A stretch of 64,000 nucleotides of DNA, taken from contig NZ_JABEZU010000001.1 of assembly GCF_013149785.1 (NCBI RefSeq), forward strand, positions 1,550,001 to 1,614,000, given 5' to 3'. The first letter of the stretch is position 1; every line of letters starts with the position of its first letter. The stretch comes from Isoptericola halotolerans (GTDB lineage Bacteria; Actinomycetota; Actinomycetes; Actinomycetales; Cellulomonadaceae). The notes below the pieces were generated by a model. It worked only from the letters and a program-made list of their open reading frames with translations. It ran no database searches and was not told the DNA's origin. A program made the translations under genes and the position numbers. This document shows, in pieces, positions 17,541 through 27,284 of this stretch.

Positions 17541-18874
17541 GCGGCGACCTCGGCGAGAGATGCCCAGGTGCGCTCGACAGGGGTGCCGGGCCGGCAGGCG
17601 GAGACGCGCCACCCCGCCGCGCGCAGGCCGTCCACGGTCGGTTCGACGTCGTGGTCCTTCCCTGTCCCGCGAGGCGTCACGACGAGCGCCCAGGCGACCC
17701 CGTCGGCGCCGAGCGCTGCGACCGCGGGCCGCAGGGAGGCGCCCATGGCGCCGAGCACGGCCACGGTGATCTCGGAGCGCACCCGGTCCGCTCGCAGCAC
17801 CTGAACCGTCGTGGACAACGCCTCGTCGGCGGTCGCCCCCCGCAGCCCGGTGAGGTCGACGGTCGCGTCCAGGAGCTGGGAGCGGCCGCTGCGGCGTCCG
17901 GAGGTGTGCTCGGTCCGGGTCGGCACCGTGCTCGTGGCGACCAGTCGTGTCGGGTGCCCGGCCTCGAGGAACGAGGTGGCCACCGAGGCGGCCAGCTCGA
18001 CGGCCCACTCGCCGTCGTCGATGTCGACCCTGGACGCAGGGCGCGCTCCGGGGCGACCGTCCGGGGGCGGTGCGAGCAGCCCCAGGTCGAGCAGGACCGT
18101 CACGGGTCGCAGGCCGGCGCTCTCGTCCGCGCGAACCATGATCCGTCCCTGCCGGGCGGACCCGGCCCAGTGGACGCGACGAGGATCGTCGCCGGGGACG
18201 TACTCACGCAGGACGGAGTCGTCGCTGGAGGCCAGACGCGCTCCGACGGCGGCGCGGTCGATGTCGCCGAGTGCTGCGGTGCGGGCCGGCAGCTCCACGG
18301 TCCGTGGCCAGACGGACACCCGGGTCGTGCCGCCGAGGGGCTGGGTCGTGCGGGCGAGCCCGAAGACGTCGGTGCGGGTCGTCAGAACCGGGCCCAACGG
18401 CCACCTGCCGCGTCGCGCGGGAGCGAGCGAGTACTGCACCGCGATGTGGTCGGGATGGGTGCGCACGCGGGCGCGGATGCCCGAGGGGCCGGCGAGCTCG
18501 TGCGCGGCCTGCTCCGACAGGCGCAGGCGGGCGAGCCGTTCGTAGGCGGCACCGGTCCGGGCGCGTACCCTCACGACCAGCCGGGTCGTGGCGGACCGGC
18601 CGGCGACGACGGGGTCCGGGTCGATGCGGCGTTCGACGTCGAGGGCCCCTCGCCCGGTGTCGAGCCGTTGCCAGGCCAGGGTCGACCACGCGGCGGCGAC
18701 GGTCATCACCGCCGCCGCCCCGAGGCCGACGAGGTCGGGCAGGTCGAGCACGATCCCACCCGCCGCCAGCACCAGCCCGACGGCGACGAGGGCCGCACCC
18801 CGTCCGGTCGGACGGACACGCGCCGGCCGTCGCGACGTGAGCACCCCCTCGCGCCGGGGGGACCGCCGGGCCAC
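17537..18874 (-). CDS. DUF58 family protein (MoxR partner)
   Basis: RRGRWPLGP, DVFGL, LREYVPGDDPRRVHW..SAR; start uncertain (GTG 18874 or 18844). Confidence 0.88.
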   Translation of the reverse strand: MARRSPRREGVLTSRRPARVRPTGRGAALVAVGLVLAAGGIVLDLPDLVGLGAAAVMTVAAAWSTLAWQRLDTGRGALDVERRIDPDPVVAGRSATTRLVVRVRARTGAAYERLARLRLSEQAAHELAGPSGIRARVRTHPDHIAVQYSLAPARRGRWPLGPVLTTRTDVFGLARTTQPLGGTTRVSVWPRTVELPARTAALGDIDRAAVGARLASSDDSVLREYVPGDDPRRVHWAGSARQGRIMVRADESAGLRPVTVLLDLGLLAPPPDGRPGARPASRVDIDDGEWAVELAASVATSFLEAGHPTRLVATSTVPTRTEHTSGRRSGRSQLLDATVDLTGLRGATADEALSTTVQVLRADRVRSEITVAVLGAMGASLRPAVAALGADGVAWALVVTPRGTGKDHDVEPTVDGLRAAGWRVSACRPGTPVERTWASLAEVAA

Positions 18875-18875
18875 C

Positions 18876-19967
18876 TCAGCGGCTCGGGTCGGCGAGCCTG
18901 CCGGCCGCCGGTCGCCGTGCGACGCTCCCGACGGTGCCGGGCCCGGCGGGGATGGCGGTCCGTTCGACGATGTCCTGCACCACCTCGGTGGCGCTGACCC
19001 CGGCCAGGCGGGACTCCGTCGAGAGGATGAGGCGATGCGCCAGCACAGGCACGGCGAGCGCCTGCACGTCGTCCGGCAGGACGTGCTGGCGGCCGGCCAT
19101 CGCCGCATGGGCCTTCGCGACCCGGAGCAGCTGGAGGGACGCCCGCGGCGAGGCACCCAGCCGCAGCCCAGCGTGGTCGCGGGTGCCGACGGCGAGGTCG
19201 ATGATGTACTGCTTGACGGCGGGGGCTGCGTGCACGGCTCGGGTCCAGGCGGTGTAGCGGGTCATCGCCTCCGCCGTGGTGACGGGCTCGAGGTGTGCGA
19301 ACGGGTCGGCGGACTGCTGCGCGTCGAGCATGGTCATCTCGGCGGCGTTGTCGGGGTACCCGACGGCGAGCCGCGCCATGAAGCGGTCGCGCTGCGCCTC
19401 CGGCAGAGGGTAGGTGCCCTCCATCTCCACGGGGTTCTGCGTCGCGACGACGAGGAAGGGCCGTGGCAGCGTGTACGTGGTCCCGTCGATCGTGGTCTGG
19501 CCCTCTTCCATGCACTCCAGGAGCGCGGACTGGGTCTTGGGGGAGGCACGGTTGATCTCGTCGCCGATCACGACGTTGTTGAAGACAGGCCCGGGGCGGA
19601 ACTCGAACTCACCGCTGGTGGACCGGTAGATGTTGACCCCGGTGAGGTCGCTCGGCAGCAGGTCGGGCGTGAACTGGACCCGGCCGACGCGGCAGTCGAT
19701 GCTGCGTGCGAGTGCCTTGGCCAGGGTCGTCTTGCCGACTCCCGGGACGTCCTCGACGAGGAGGTGACCTCCGGCCAGGAGCACGGCCACGGTGACCCGG
19801 ACGAGGTCGGGGCGGCCGGTCACCACGGTCTCGAGCGCCTGTCGCACCCGGCCGGTGGCAGCGACCAGCTCGCCGAGGCCTGCGCGGAGCGCGTCGGGGC
19901 CGGGTTCTGCGGGCGGGGCAGGAGGGTGGCCGGCGCTGACGGCGCTGGTGGCGTGGTCGGTCTGCAC
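18876..19967 (-). CDS. moxR: MoxR-family AAA+ ATPase
   Basis: EDVPGVGKT, QFTPDLLPSD, DEINRASPKTQSALLE, ATQNPVEMEGTYPLPEAQRDRF, GASPR. Confidence 0.95.
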   Translation of the reverse strand: MQTDHATSAVSAGHPPAPPAEPGPDALRAGLGELVAATGRVRQALETVVTGRPDLVRVTVAVLLAGGHLLVEDVPGVGKTTLAKALARSIDCRVGRVQFTPDLLPSDLTGVNIYRSTSGEFEFRPGPVFNNVVIGDEINRASPKTQSALLECMEEGQTTIDGTTYTLPRPFLVVATQNPVEMEGTYPLPEAQRDRFMARLAVGYPDNAAEMTMLDAQQSADPFAHLEPVTTAEAMTRYTAWTRAVHAAPAVKQYIIDLAVGTRDHAGLRLGASPRASLQLLRVAKAHAAMAGRQHVLPDDVQALAVPVLAHRLILSTESRLAGVSATEVVQDIVERTAIPAGPGTVGSVARRPAAGRLADPSR

Positions 19968-20043
19968 GGGTGGGCCCTCCGGATGGTGCGTCAGGTGCTG
20001 TGAGCAGCCTAGTCGCTCCGTGACCTGCGCGTGACCTCGGTCA

Positions 20044-20087
20044 CGCCACGCCGCTCACCTCCCTCCACCGCGCTCCACCAGCACCAC
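20044..20087 (-). repeat. Minus-strand array of GTGG(AG) boxes with ~10-bp period (MraZ-box-like)
   Basis: Plus strand CGCCAC 20044, GCTCAC 20053, CTCCAC 20063, CTCCAC 20073, CACCAC 20082. Confidence 0.6.
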
Positions 20088-20159
20088 AGCGACCTGACCT
20101 GGGGTGATGTCGGGACAGGGCGCGGGATGGGTACCTCTGCCCATGTCGTGACGCGCCTG

Positions 20160-20195
20160 GTGGAGGAAAGTGGAGTAGCGTGGAGTGAGCGGGAG
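20160..20195 (+). promoter_or_regulatory. MraZ operator: GTGGAG direct repeats, 10-bp period, with embedded -10
   Basis: GTGGAG-GAAA-GTGGAG-TAGC-GTGGAG-TGAG-CGGGAG; TAGCGT at 20176-20181. Confidence 0.85.
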
Positions 20196-20215
20196 CCCGA
20201 GGGGAGGTGCGGACC

Positions 20216-20689
20216 GTGGCAGGAGCACTGGGGGACCAGTTCCCGGGCACGGGGCTGCTCCTCGGCACGTACACCCCTCGGCTCGACGAGAAGGGCCGGC
20301 TCATCCTCCCGGCGAAGTTCCGTGCTCGGCTCGCCGCAGGGCTCGTCATGACGCGGGGTCAGGAGCGATGCCTGTTCCTGCTGCCGATGGACGAGTTCTC
20401 CCGCATGTACGAGCAGGTCCGGCAGGCGCCGGTCACCAGCCGGCAGGCACGCGACTACCTGCGTGTGTTCCTGTCGGGGGCGAGCGACGAGGTGCCGGAC
20501 AAGCAGGGGCGCGTGGTGATCCCCGCGGCGCTGCGCGAGTACGCAGGCCTCGACCGGGACGTCGCCGTGATCGGCGCCGGCACCCGGGTGGAGATCTGGG
20601 ACGCCGGTGCCTGGGAGGCCTACCTGGCCGCGCAGGAGTCGTCCTACTCCGACGTGGCCGAGGAGATCTTCCCCGACCTCCAGTTCTGA
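20216..20689 (+). CDS. mraZ: dcw cluster transcriptional repressor MraZ
   Basis: [42 protein letters not shown] 7 nt before GTG 20216. Confidence 0.96.
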   Translation: MAGALGDQFPGTGLLLGTYTPRLDEKGRLILPAKFRARLAAGLVMTRGQERCLFLLPMDEFSRMYEQVRQAPVTSRQARDYLRVFLSGASDEVPDKQGRVVIPAALREYAGLDRDVAVIGAGTRVEIWDAGAWEAYLAAQESSYSDVAEEIFPDLQF

Positions 20690-20728
20690 ACCGGCACGAG
20701 CACGACGACAACAGCACGAAGCACTCGG

Positions 20729-20822
20729 GCGGCCCGCACGGCGAGGCCTCCTCCCGCGAGGGTCTGGCGCCACTTCCCCGGCGGCAGAACGGCGCGGAGG
20801 GAGACCTGGTCGGGTGGGCCGC
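20729..20822 (+). ncRNA. Probable mraW RNA motif (cis-element in mraZ-rsmH spacer)
   Basis: Long interrupted hairpin with apical CTTCCCC loop (20773-20779) closed by TCTGGCGCC/GGCGGCAGA; position 5' of rsmH/mraW in an actinobacterium. Confidence 0.75.
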
Positions 20823-20860
20823 GAGGGCCCCAGGACCGCCACAGCACGGAAGGAGGCGCG

Positions 20861-21889
20861 ATGAGCACGGACGACGACGGTGCGCGACCCGCGCACGAGC
20901 GGCACGTGCCCGTGCTGCTGCAGCGATGCGTCGACCTGCTGGCGCCGGCGCTCGCCGCGCCGGGCAGCGTGCTCGTGGACTGCACCCTCGGCATGGGTGG
21001 GCACACCGAGGCGGTCCTGGAACAGCTCCCCGGGGCCAGGGTGGTGGGTATCGACCGTGATCCCCAGGCGCTCGAGCTCGCCTCGGCCCGGCTGGCACGG
21101 TTCGGCGACCGCTTCATGCCCGTGCACGCCGTCTACGACGACGTCGCCGACGTCGCGGCCGAGCACGCCGGGAGCGACGACGGCCTCGTGCAGGCGGTCC
21201 TCATGGACCTCGGGGTGTCCTCGCTGCAGCTCGACGAGGCGGGACGGGGGTTCGCCTATGCCCAGGACGCCCCCCTGGACATGCGGATGGACCAGTCCCG
21301 CGGGCTGACGGCGGCGGACGTGCTCAACACCTACGAGGAGCGGGAGCTGGCCCGGATCCTGCGCGTCTACGGCGAGGAGCGGTTCGCGCCGCGGGTCGCG
21401 CGAGCGCTGGTGCGCCGCCGGGACGAGCGGCCCTGGGAACGCACGGCCGAGCTCGCCGAGGTGGTACGGGCGGCGATCCCGGCCGCCGCGCGCAAGACGG
21501 GGGGGAACCCGTCGAAGCGGACCTTCCAGGCTCTCCGCATCGAGGTCAACGGTGAGCTGGAGGTGCTCGAGCGCGCGGTCCCCGCGGCGATCGAGTCGCT
21601 CGCCGTGGGCGGCCGGATCGTCGTGGAGTCCTACCACTCGCTCGAGGACCGGATCGTCAAGCGGGCGATCGCCCGCGGCCTCACGTCGAGCGCTCCGGCC
21701 GGGCTCCCTGTCGAACCCGAGACGCACCGGCCGTACCTCGAGGCGCTCACCCGCGGTGCCGAGGAGGCCGACGCCGCCGAGCTCGAGCGTAACCCGCGGT
21801 CCGCGTCGGTCCGGCTCCGCGCCGCTCGACGCCTTCGCCCGACCCCCGACCACATGATCCGTACATCGCACGGCAAGGAGTCGCGATGA
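20861..21889 (+). CDS. rsmH: 16S rRNA C1402 N4-methyltransferase
   Basis: [51 protein letters not shown]. Confidence 0.97.
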   Translation: MSTDDDGARPAHERHVPVLLQRCVDLLAPALAAPGSVLVDCTLGMGGHTEAVLEQLPGARVVGIDRDPQALELASARLARFGDRFMPVHAVYDDVADVAAEHAGSDDGLVQAVLMDLGVSSLQLDEAGRGFAYAQDAPLDMRMDQSRGLTAADVLNTYEERELARILRVYGEERFAPRVARALVRRRDERPWERTAELAEVVRAAIPAAARKTGGNPSKRTFQALRIEVNGELEVLERAVPAAIESLAVGGRIVVESYHSLEDRIVKRAIARGLTSSAPAGLPVEPETHRPYLEALTRGAEEADAAELERNPRSASVRLRAARRLRPTPDHMIRTSHGKESR

Positions 21890-22308
21890 GCGCCCTGCGA
21901 GCACCCGCACCGCTGCCCGAGCGTCGTGGCGACCCGACGCCGCGTCGCGCGCCGCTGACCGCTGTCGAGGGCGGCGGTGGCCGCCGCCTCGATGCCGTCC
22001 GGGCACCGCTGCAGGCCACCTCCGGCGTCCCGTTCATGATGCTCTGCGCGCTGGTGCTCGTCACGGCCCTGCTCTCCGCGCTGCTGCTCAACACCTCCAT
22101 GGCCCGAGGCTCCTACGAGATGTCGCGGCTGCAGCGTGAGGTCGGCCTGGTCGCGCAGGACGTCCAGGAGGTCCAGGCCCAGCTGCGCGAGGCCGAGGCG
22201 TCGCTGCCGCAGGAGGCGACGAGGCTCGGCATGGTCCCTGCCGAGGACATGACGATGCTCTCGGTGACCGACCGCGCGGTGGTCGCGGGGGTCGGACAGG
22301 GGTCGTGA
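21886..22308 (+). CDS. ftsL: Cell division protein FtsL-like
   Basis: Single TM then coiled coil ending A..LGMVP; between rsmH and ftsI with overlapping start/stop codons. Confidence 0.75.
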   Translation: MSALRAPAPLPERRGDPTPRRAPLTAVEGGGGRRLDAVRAPLQATSGVPFMMLCALVLVTALLSALLLNTSMARGSYEMSRLQREVGLVAQDVQEVQAQLREAEASLPQEATRLGMVPAEDMTMLSVTDRAVVAGVGQGS

Positions 22309-24236
22309 GCGCGACACGCCCGGGCCGGCCCCGTGGATCGGGGGCCGCGCGGACGCAAGATCGAGGTGTGAGCAGACGCACGACCGCACGAGGGCGGGCC
22401 ACCACCCGGTCGACAGGTTCGTCGGCCGGCGTGGTGCCGCGACGCCGGCCGGCGGGTCGTCGGCCCTCCGCGCGCCGTGAGCCCGGCGACCCCGCCCGGC
22501 GCCAGCGGTGGCTCATCGTCCTGGTCGCGATCCTGCTGACGGTCTTCGTCGGGCGCTTGGTCCAGGTCCAGGTGGTCCAGGGGCCGGCGCTGGCGTCGAC
22601 GGCGCAGCAGGCGCGGCTGGCCACCCAGGTCACGCCGGCGCATCGCGGTGACATCCTCGACAGGGACGGCACCGTCCTGGCGACGTCGGTCGACCGGTAC
22701 ACGATCATCGCCGACCAGGACGCGATCCAGGACTTCCGCGCCAACGGCCGTCACGACGCCGACGGTCAACCGGTGCAGGACGGCGCGCTGGGTATCGCCC
22801 AGCTCCTGGGGCCCGTCCTCGGCGAGACCGAGGCGACGCTCGCCGCTCGGCTCAACGGCGAGAGCCGGTACGTCAAGCTCAAGCAGGGTGTGGTGCCCGA
22901 GGTGCAGCGGGCCGTCGCCGAGCTCGACCTGCGGGGGTACGTCTACGCCGAGCTGAGCTCGAAGCGGACGTACCCCTCGGGCGCCGTCGCCGGGCCGATC
23001 CTCGGGTTCGTGAACTCCGACCTGGAGGGACAGGGCGGCGCCGAGGCGGCGTTCGACGAGGTGCTGGCCGGGACCGACGGCACCTACACCTACGAGCGCG
23101 GACGTGACGGCGTGCCCATCCCCACCTCCGAGATCGAGTCCGTGGCAGCGGTGCCGGGCCAGGACGTGCGCCTGACGATCGACGCGGACGTGCAGTGGAA
23201 GGCGGAGGAGCTGCTGGACGAGGCCGTCCGCGACACGGGGGCCGAGTACGCCGTGGCGGTCGTCCACGACCTGCGGACCGGTGAGGTCGTGGCGATGGCC
23301 GACTCGGGGGACGTCGACCCCAACGACCGGTCCACGGCGGCCGTCGCCGATGGCTCGCGGGCCGTGAGCGTGGTCTTCGAGCCTGGGTCGACGGGCAAGG
23401 TCATCGCGATGGCCGCGGCGCTGGAGGGAGGCTACTGGGAGCCCGACGACCAGTTCGAGGTGCCGGACACGTACACCGTGGACGGCGAGACGTTCCGTGA
23501 CTCCCACCCGCACCCCGTCGAACGATGGACGCTCGCAGGGCTCTTCGCCCAGTCGTCGAACACGGGCACCGTGATGATGGGCGAGAAGATCCCCTTCGCC
23601 GTCCGCTACGACTACCTGCGCAAGTTCGGGTTCGGCGAGCGCACCGCGCTGGGGCTCGGTGGCGAGAGCGCCGGCCTCCTGCCGGCCGAGGACATCGACA
23701 CGGTCGAGAACCGCACGCCCTACACCATCCTCTTCGGGCAGGGGGTGGCGGTCAACGCCGTGCAGGCCACCCAGGTGTTCTCCACCATCGCCAACGGCGG
23801 GGTGCGGATGCCGGCCACGATCCTGGCCGGTACCCGGACCGCCGACGGCGTCACGACCGACGCCGAGCCGGGCGAGGGCACCCGGGTCGTGTCCGAGGAG
23901 ACGGCCGCCGACGTCATGACCATGATGGAGGCCGCCACGAGCGAGGAGGGCACGGGCTCGAGGGCCCAGGTGCCGGGCTACCGGGTGGCCGGCAAGACGG
24001 GCACCGCCCAGATGTTCGAGGGCGGCGGCACCACGTACGTCGCGTCGTACATCGGCGTGGCCCCCGCGGACGACCCACGCTTCACCGTCTCCGTCTTCCT
24101 CAAGAGCCCGCGGTCGTCGATCTTCGGCGGCGTGGTCGCCGCGCCCGTGTTCAGCGAGCTCATGGGCTACACGCTGCGCAAGGAGGGTGTGCCGCCCTCG
24201 CGCGAGCCCGTCGACCAGTTCCCGCTGACCTGGTGA
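22305..24236 (+). CDS. ftsI: Class B penicillin-binding protein FtsI
   Basis: RGDILDRDG, EPGSTGK (SxxK), SSN (SxN), GKTGT (KTG). Confidence 0.94.
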   Translation: MSATRPGRPRGSGAARTQDRGVSRRTTARGRATTRSTGSSAGVVPRRRPAGRRPSARREPGDPARRQRWLIVLVAILLTVFVGRLVQVQVVQGPALASTAQQARLATQVTPAHRGDILDRDGTVLATSVDRYTIIADQDAIQDFRANGRHDADGQPVQDGALGIAQLLGPVLGETEATLAARLNGESRYVKLKQGVVPEVQRAVAELDLRGYVYAELSSKRTYPSGAVAGPILGFVNSDLEGQGGAEAAFDEVLAGTDGTYTYERGRDGVPIPTSEIESVAAVPGQDVRLTIDADVQWKAEELLDEAVRDTGAEYAVAVVHDLRTGEVVAMADSGDVDPNDRSTAAVADGSRAVSVVFEPGSTGKVIAMAAALEGGYWEPDDQFEVPDTYTVDGETFRDSHPHPVERWTLAGLFAQSSNTGTVMMGEKIPFAVRYDYLRKFGFGERTALGLGGESAGLLPAEDIDTVENRTPYTILFGQGVAVNAVQATQVFSTIANGGVRMPATILAGTRTADGVTTDAEPGEGTRVVSEETAADVMTMMEAATSEEGTGSRAQVPGYRVAGKTGTAQMFEGGGTTYVASYIGVAPADDPRFTVSVFLKSPRSSIFGGVVAAPVFSELMGYTLRKEGVPPSREPVDQFPLTW

Positions 24237-24264
24237 CCTGCTCGCAGCAGGTAGGTTCTACCCC

Positions 24265-25881
24265 GTGACATCCCCGACCGACCGCATCCGACCTGCGGAT
24301 CCCGTCCCACGTCGGCTGGCCGACCTGGTCGCGGCGTTCGACCTGGCCACGGCCCCCTCGGCGTCGACCGCGCCGGACGCCGCGACGTCCCGCACCACGG
24401 TGTCGGCCGTGGCGAGCGACAACCGGACCGTGGCACCGGGCGACCTCTTCGTCGCCCTGCCCGGAGCCCGCAGCCACGGTGCGCGGTTCGCCGCGGACGC
24501 GGTGCGGCGCGGAGCCACGGCGGTGCTCACCGACCCTGCGGGCGCGGCAGGTCTCGCGGACCTCGCGGTCCCCGTCCTGGTCACCCAGGACCCCCGGCTG
24601 GTGCTCGGACCGGTCGCGGCCTGGGTGCACGGTGAGCCGGCCGAGCACCTGGCGACGTTCGCGGTCACCGGGACGAACGGCAAGACGACGACGACGTACC
24701 AGCTCGACCATCTGCTGCGTGGGCTGGGGCACCGGGCCGGCCTCGTGGGTACCGTGGAGACACGGGCGGGCGACCAGGTCCTGCCGAGCCGCCTGACGAC
24801 CCCCGAGGCGGCCGACCTGCAGGCGCTGCTGGCGACGATGCGCGAGGTCGGGGTCGACGCGCTGGCGATGGAGGTCTCGTCCCACGCGATCGCGATGCAC
24901 CGCGTCGACGGCATCGTCTACGACGTGGCCGGGTTCACCAACCTCAGCCAGGACCACCTGGACTTCCACGGTGACCTGCCGACGTACTTCGCCGCCAAGG
25001 CCGACCTGTTCACGCCGCAGCGCTCGCGGCGCGGCGTCGTGGTGGTGGACGACGCCTGGGGCGAACGGATGGCGGCCACCGCCGGCGTGCCGGTCGAGAC
25101 GGTTCGCACCGTCCCGGCCCGCGGCGACGCCCCGGCCGCGGACTGGACCGTCGGCGACGTCACGCCCCATGGCACCGGTTCGGCCTTCACCCTCACCCAC
25201 GCCGACGGACGTGCCGTGCGCACCTCCACGTCGCTGCCGGGCGACTTCAACGTGTCCAACGCGGCCCTCGCGGTCGTCATGGTGCTCGCCTCCGGGGTCC
25301 CCCTGGACGAGGTGGCCACCGCGCTCGCCGGGGTCGACGGGCTGTCCGCCCGCGTACCCGGGCGGATGGAGGTCGTCGGTGCGGGCGGCGACGGTCACCC
25401 GCGGGTGGTCGTCGACTTCGCGCACAACACCGACGCGCTCGAGCTCGCGCTGGCAGCGCTGCGCCCGACGACGCCGGGCCGGTTGGTGGTGGTCTTCGGC
25501 GCGACCGGTGACCGTGACCCGGGCAAGCGGCCGGCGATGGGATCGGCGGCCGTCGCCGGTGCCGACGTCGTCGTGCTGACGGACGACGACCCGCACGACG
25601 AGGACGCCGCGAAGGTCCGTGCCGAGGTGCGGGCCGGCGCGACCGCCGCCCAGGAGACCGCGCGGGCGGCAGGACGTGACGTCGACCTCGTCGAGGTGGC
25701 CCCCCGCGGCGAGGCGATCCGGCGGGCGGTGCTCGAGGCCGGTCCGTCCGACACCGTGCTCGTCGCCGGTCGCGGGCACGAGACCATCCAGGAGGTCAGG
25801 GGCGTCGACCTCGAGCTGGACGACCGTCTCGAGGCACGCAGCGCCCTGCGTGCCCGCGCAGAGAGGACCCCTTCCGCATGA
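24265..25881 (+). CDS. murE: UDP-MurNAc-dipeptide:diamino acid ligase
   Basis: [43 protein letters not shown]. Confidence 0.95.
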   Translation: MTSPTDRIRPADPVPRRLADLVAAFDLATAPSASTAPDAATSRTTVSAVASDNRTVAPGDLFVALPGARSHGARFAADAVRRGATAVLTDPAGAAGLADLAVPVLVTQDPRLVLGPVAAWVHGEPAEHLATFAVTGTNGKTTTTYQLDHLLRGLGHRAGLVGTVETRAGDQVLPSRLTTPEAADLQALLATMREVGVDALAMEVSSHAIAMHRVDGIVYDVAGFTNLSQDHLDFHGDLPTYFAAKADLFTPQRSRRGVVVVDDAWGERMAATAGVPVETVRTVPARGDAPAADWTVGDVTPHGTGSAFTLTHADGRAVRTSTSLPGDFNVSNAALAVVMVLASGVPLDEVATALAGVDGLSARVPGRMEVVGAGGDGHPRVVVDFAHNTDALELALAALRPTTPGRLVVVFGATGDRDPGKRPAMGSAAVAGADVVVLTDDDPHDEDAAKVRAEVRAGATAAQETARAAGRDVDLVEVAPRGEAIRRAVLEAGPSDTVLVAGRGHETIQEVRGVDLELDDRLEARSALRARAERTPSA

Positions 25882-27284
25882 TCGAGCTCACCGCCGCCGA
25901 GGTCGCCGCCGTCACCGCCGGCTCGCTGCACGCGGACGCCGCCGTGGCTGTGACGGGACCGGTGGTCGTCGACTCGCGGCAGGTCGTCCCCGGAGCGCTG
26001 TTCGTGGCCGTGGCCGGCGAACGGGTCGACGGTCACGGCTTCGCTGCCGCCGCGGTGGAGGATGGTGCTGCCCTCGTCCTGGCGACGCGGCCGGTGCACG
26101 GCGTGCCGTGCGTCGTGGTGGACGACGTCCAGGTCGCGCTCGGAGCGCTCGCCCGCACGGTGCTCGCCCGGTTGCGGGAGTCCGGCGAGGTGCGGGTCGT
26201 GGCCGTCACGGGCTCGGTCGGCAAGACGACGACCAAGGACCTGCTCGGCCAGCTCCTCGCCCCGGACACGGGCGCCGAGGCGATCGTCGTGCCGGCAGGG
26301 TCGTTCAACAACGAGATCGGGCTCCCGCTGACGGTCCTGCGGGCGACGCCGGCGACCCGGGTCCTGGTGCTGGAGATGGGTGCCGACGCCCCGGGCAACA
26401 TCGCCGACCTGACGGGTATCGCCCCGCCCGACGTCGGCATCGTGCTCGCGGTCGGCACGGCGCACCTGGGCCGGTTCGGCGACGTCGAGACCATCGCGCG
26501 GACCAAGGGGGAGATGGTCGAGGGGGTGCTGCCCGGCGGCACGGTGGTGCTCAACGTCGACGACTCGCGCGTGGCGGCGATGGCCGGCCGTGCCGCGCCG
26601 TCGACGGCGGTGGTCACCTTCGGCACGATCTCCTCGGCCGACGTGCGTGCTCGCGGCGTGGAGGTCGACGCCGGCCGGGCACGGTTCACCCTGGTCACCC
26701 CGGAGGGCGAGGCACCCGTGGCGCTGCGTCTGGTGGGGGCGCACCACGTCACCAACGCCCTGGCAGCTGCCGCGGCCGCCCGTCGGCTCGGCGTCTCTCT
26801 CGAGGACGTCGCCGCGCGGCTCTCGACGGCGACGCCGCTGAGCCCGCACCGCATGGCGGTGACCGAGCGCGGCGACGGGGTCACGATCGTGGACGACTCG
26901 TACAACGCCAACCCGGACTCGATGCGGGCCGCGTTGCGTACCCTGGCCGTGATGGCGGGGCGCACCCGCCGGTCGGTCGCCGTCGTCGGGGAGATGCGCG
27001 AGCTCGGCGACGCCGCGCGCGTGGAGCACGACGCGATCGGACGGCTCGCGGTCCGGCTGAACGTCAAGCGTCTCGTCGTCGTCGGCGAGGGGGCGTACCA
27101 CGTCCACGAGGGAGCCCAGCAGGAGGGCTCCTGGGGAGAGGAGTCGGTGTTCGTGCCCGATCTGGAGACCGCCCGTGCGGTCCTGGCGGCCGAGCTGACG
27201 GCCGGTGACGTGGTCCTGGTCAAGGCGTCCCAGGGCTCCGGCCTGTGGCGGCTGGCCGACCAGCTGGTGGAGGCCGACGCGTGA
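25878..27284 (+). CDS. murF: UDP-MurNAc-tripeptide:D-Ala-D-Ala ligase
   Basis: [47 protein letters not shown]. Confidence 0.96.
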   Translation: MIELTAAEVAAVTAGSLHADAAVAVTGPVVVDSRQVVPGALFVAVAGERVDGHGFAAAAVEDGAALVLATRPVHGVPCVVVDDVQVALGALARTVLARLRESGEVRVVAVTGSVGKTTTKDLLGQLLAPDTGAEAIVVPAGSFNNEIGLPLTVLRATPATRVLVLEMGADAPGNIADLTGIAPPDVGIVLAVGTAHLGRFGDVETIARTKGEMVEGVLPGGTVVLNVDDSRVAAMAGRAAPSTAVVTFGTISSADVRARGVEVDAGRARFTLVTPEGEAPVALRLVGAHHVTNALAAAAAARRLGVSLEDVAARLSTATPLSPHRMAVTERGDGVTIVDDSYNANPDSMRAALRTLAVMAGRTRRSVAVVGEMRELGDAARVEHDAIGRLAVRLNVKRLVVVGEGAYHVHEGAQQEGSWGEESVFVPDLETARAVLAAELTAGDVVLVKASQGSGLWRLADQLVEADA

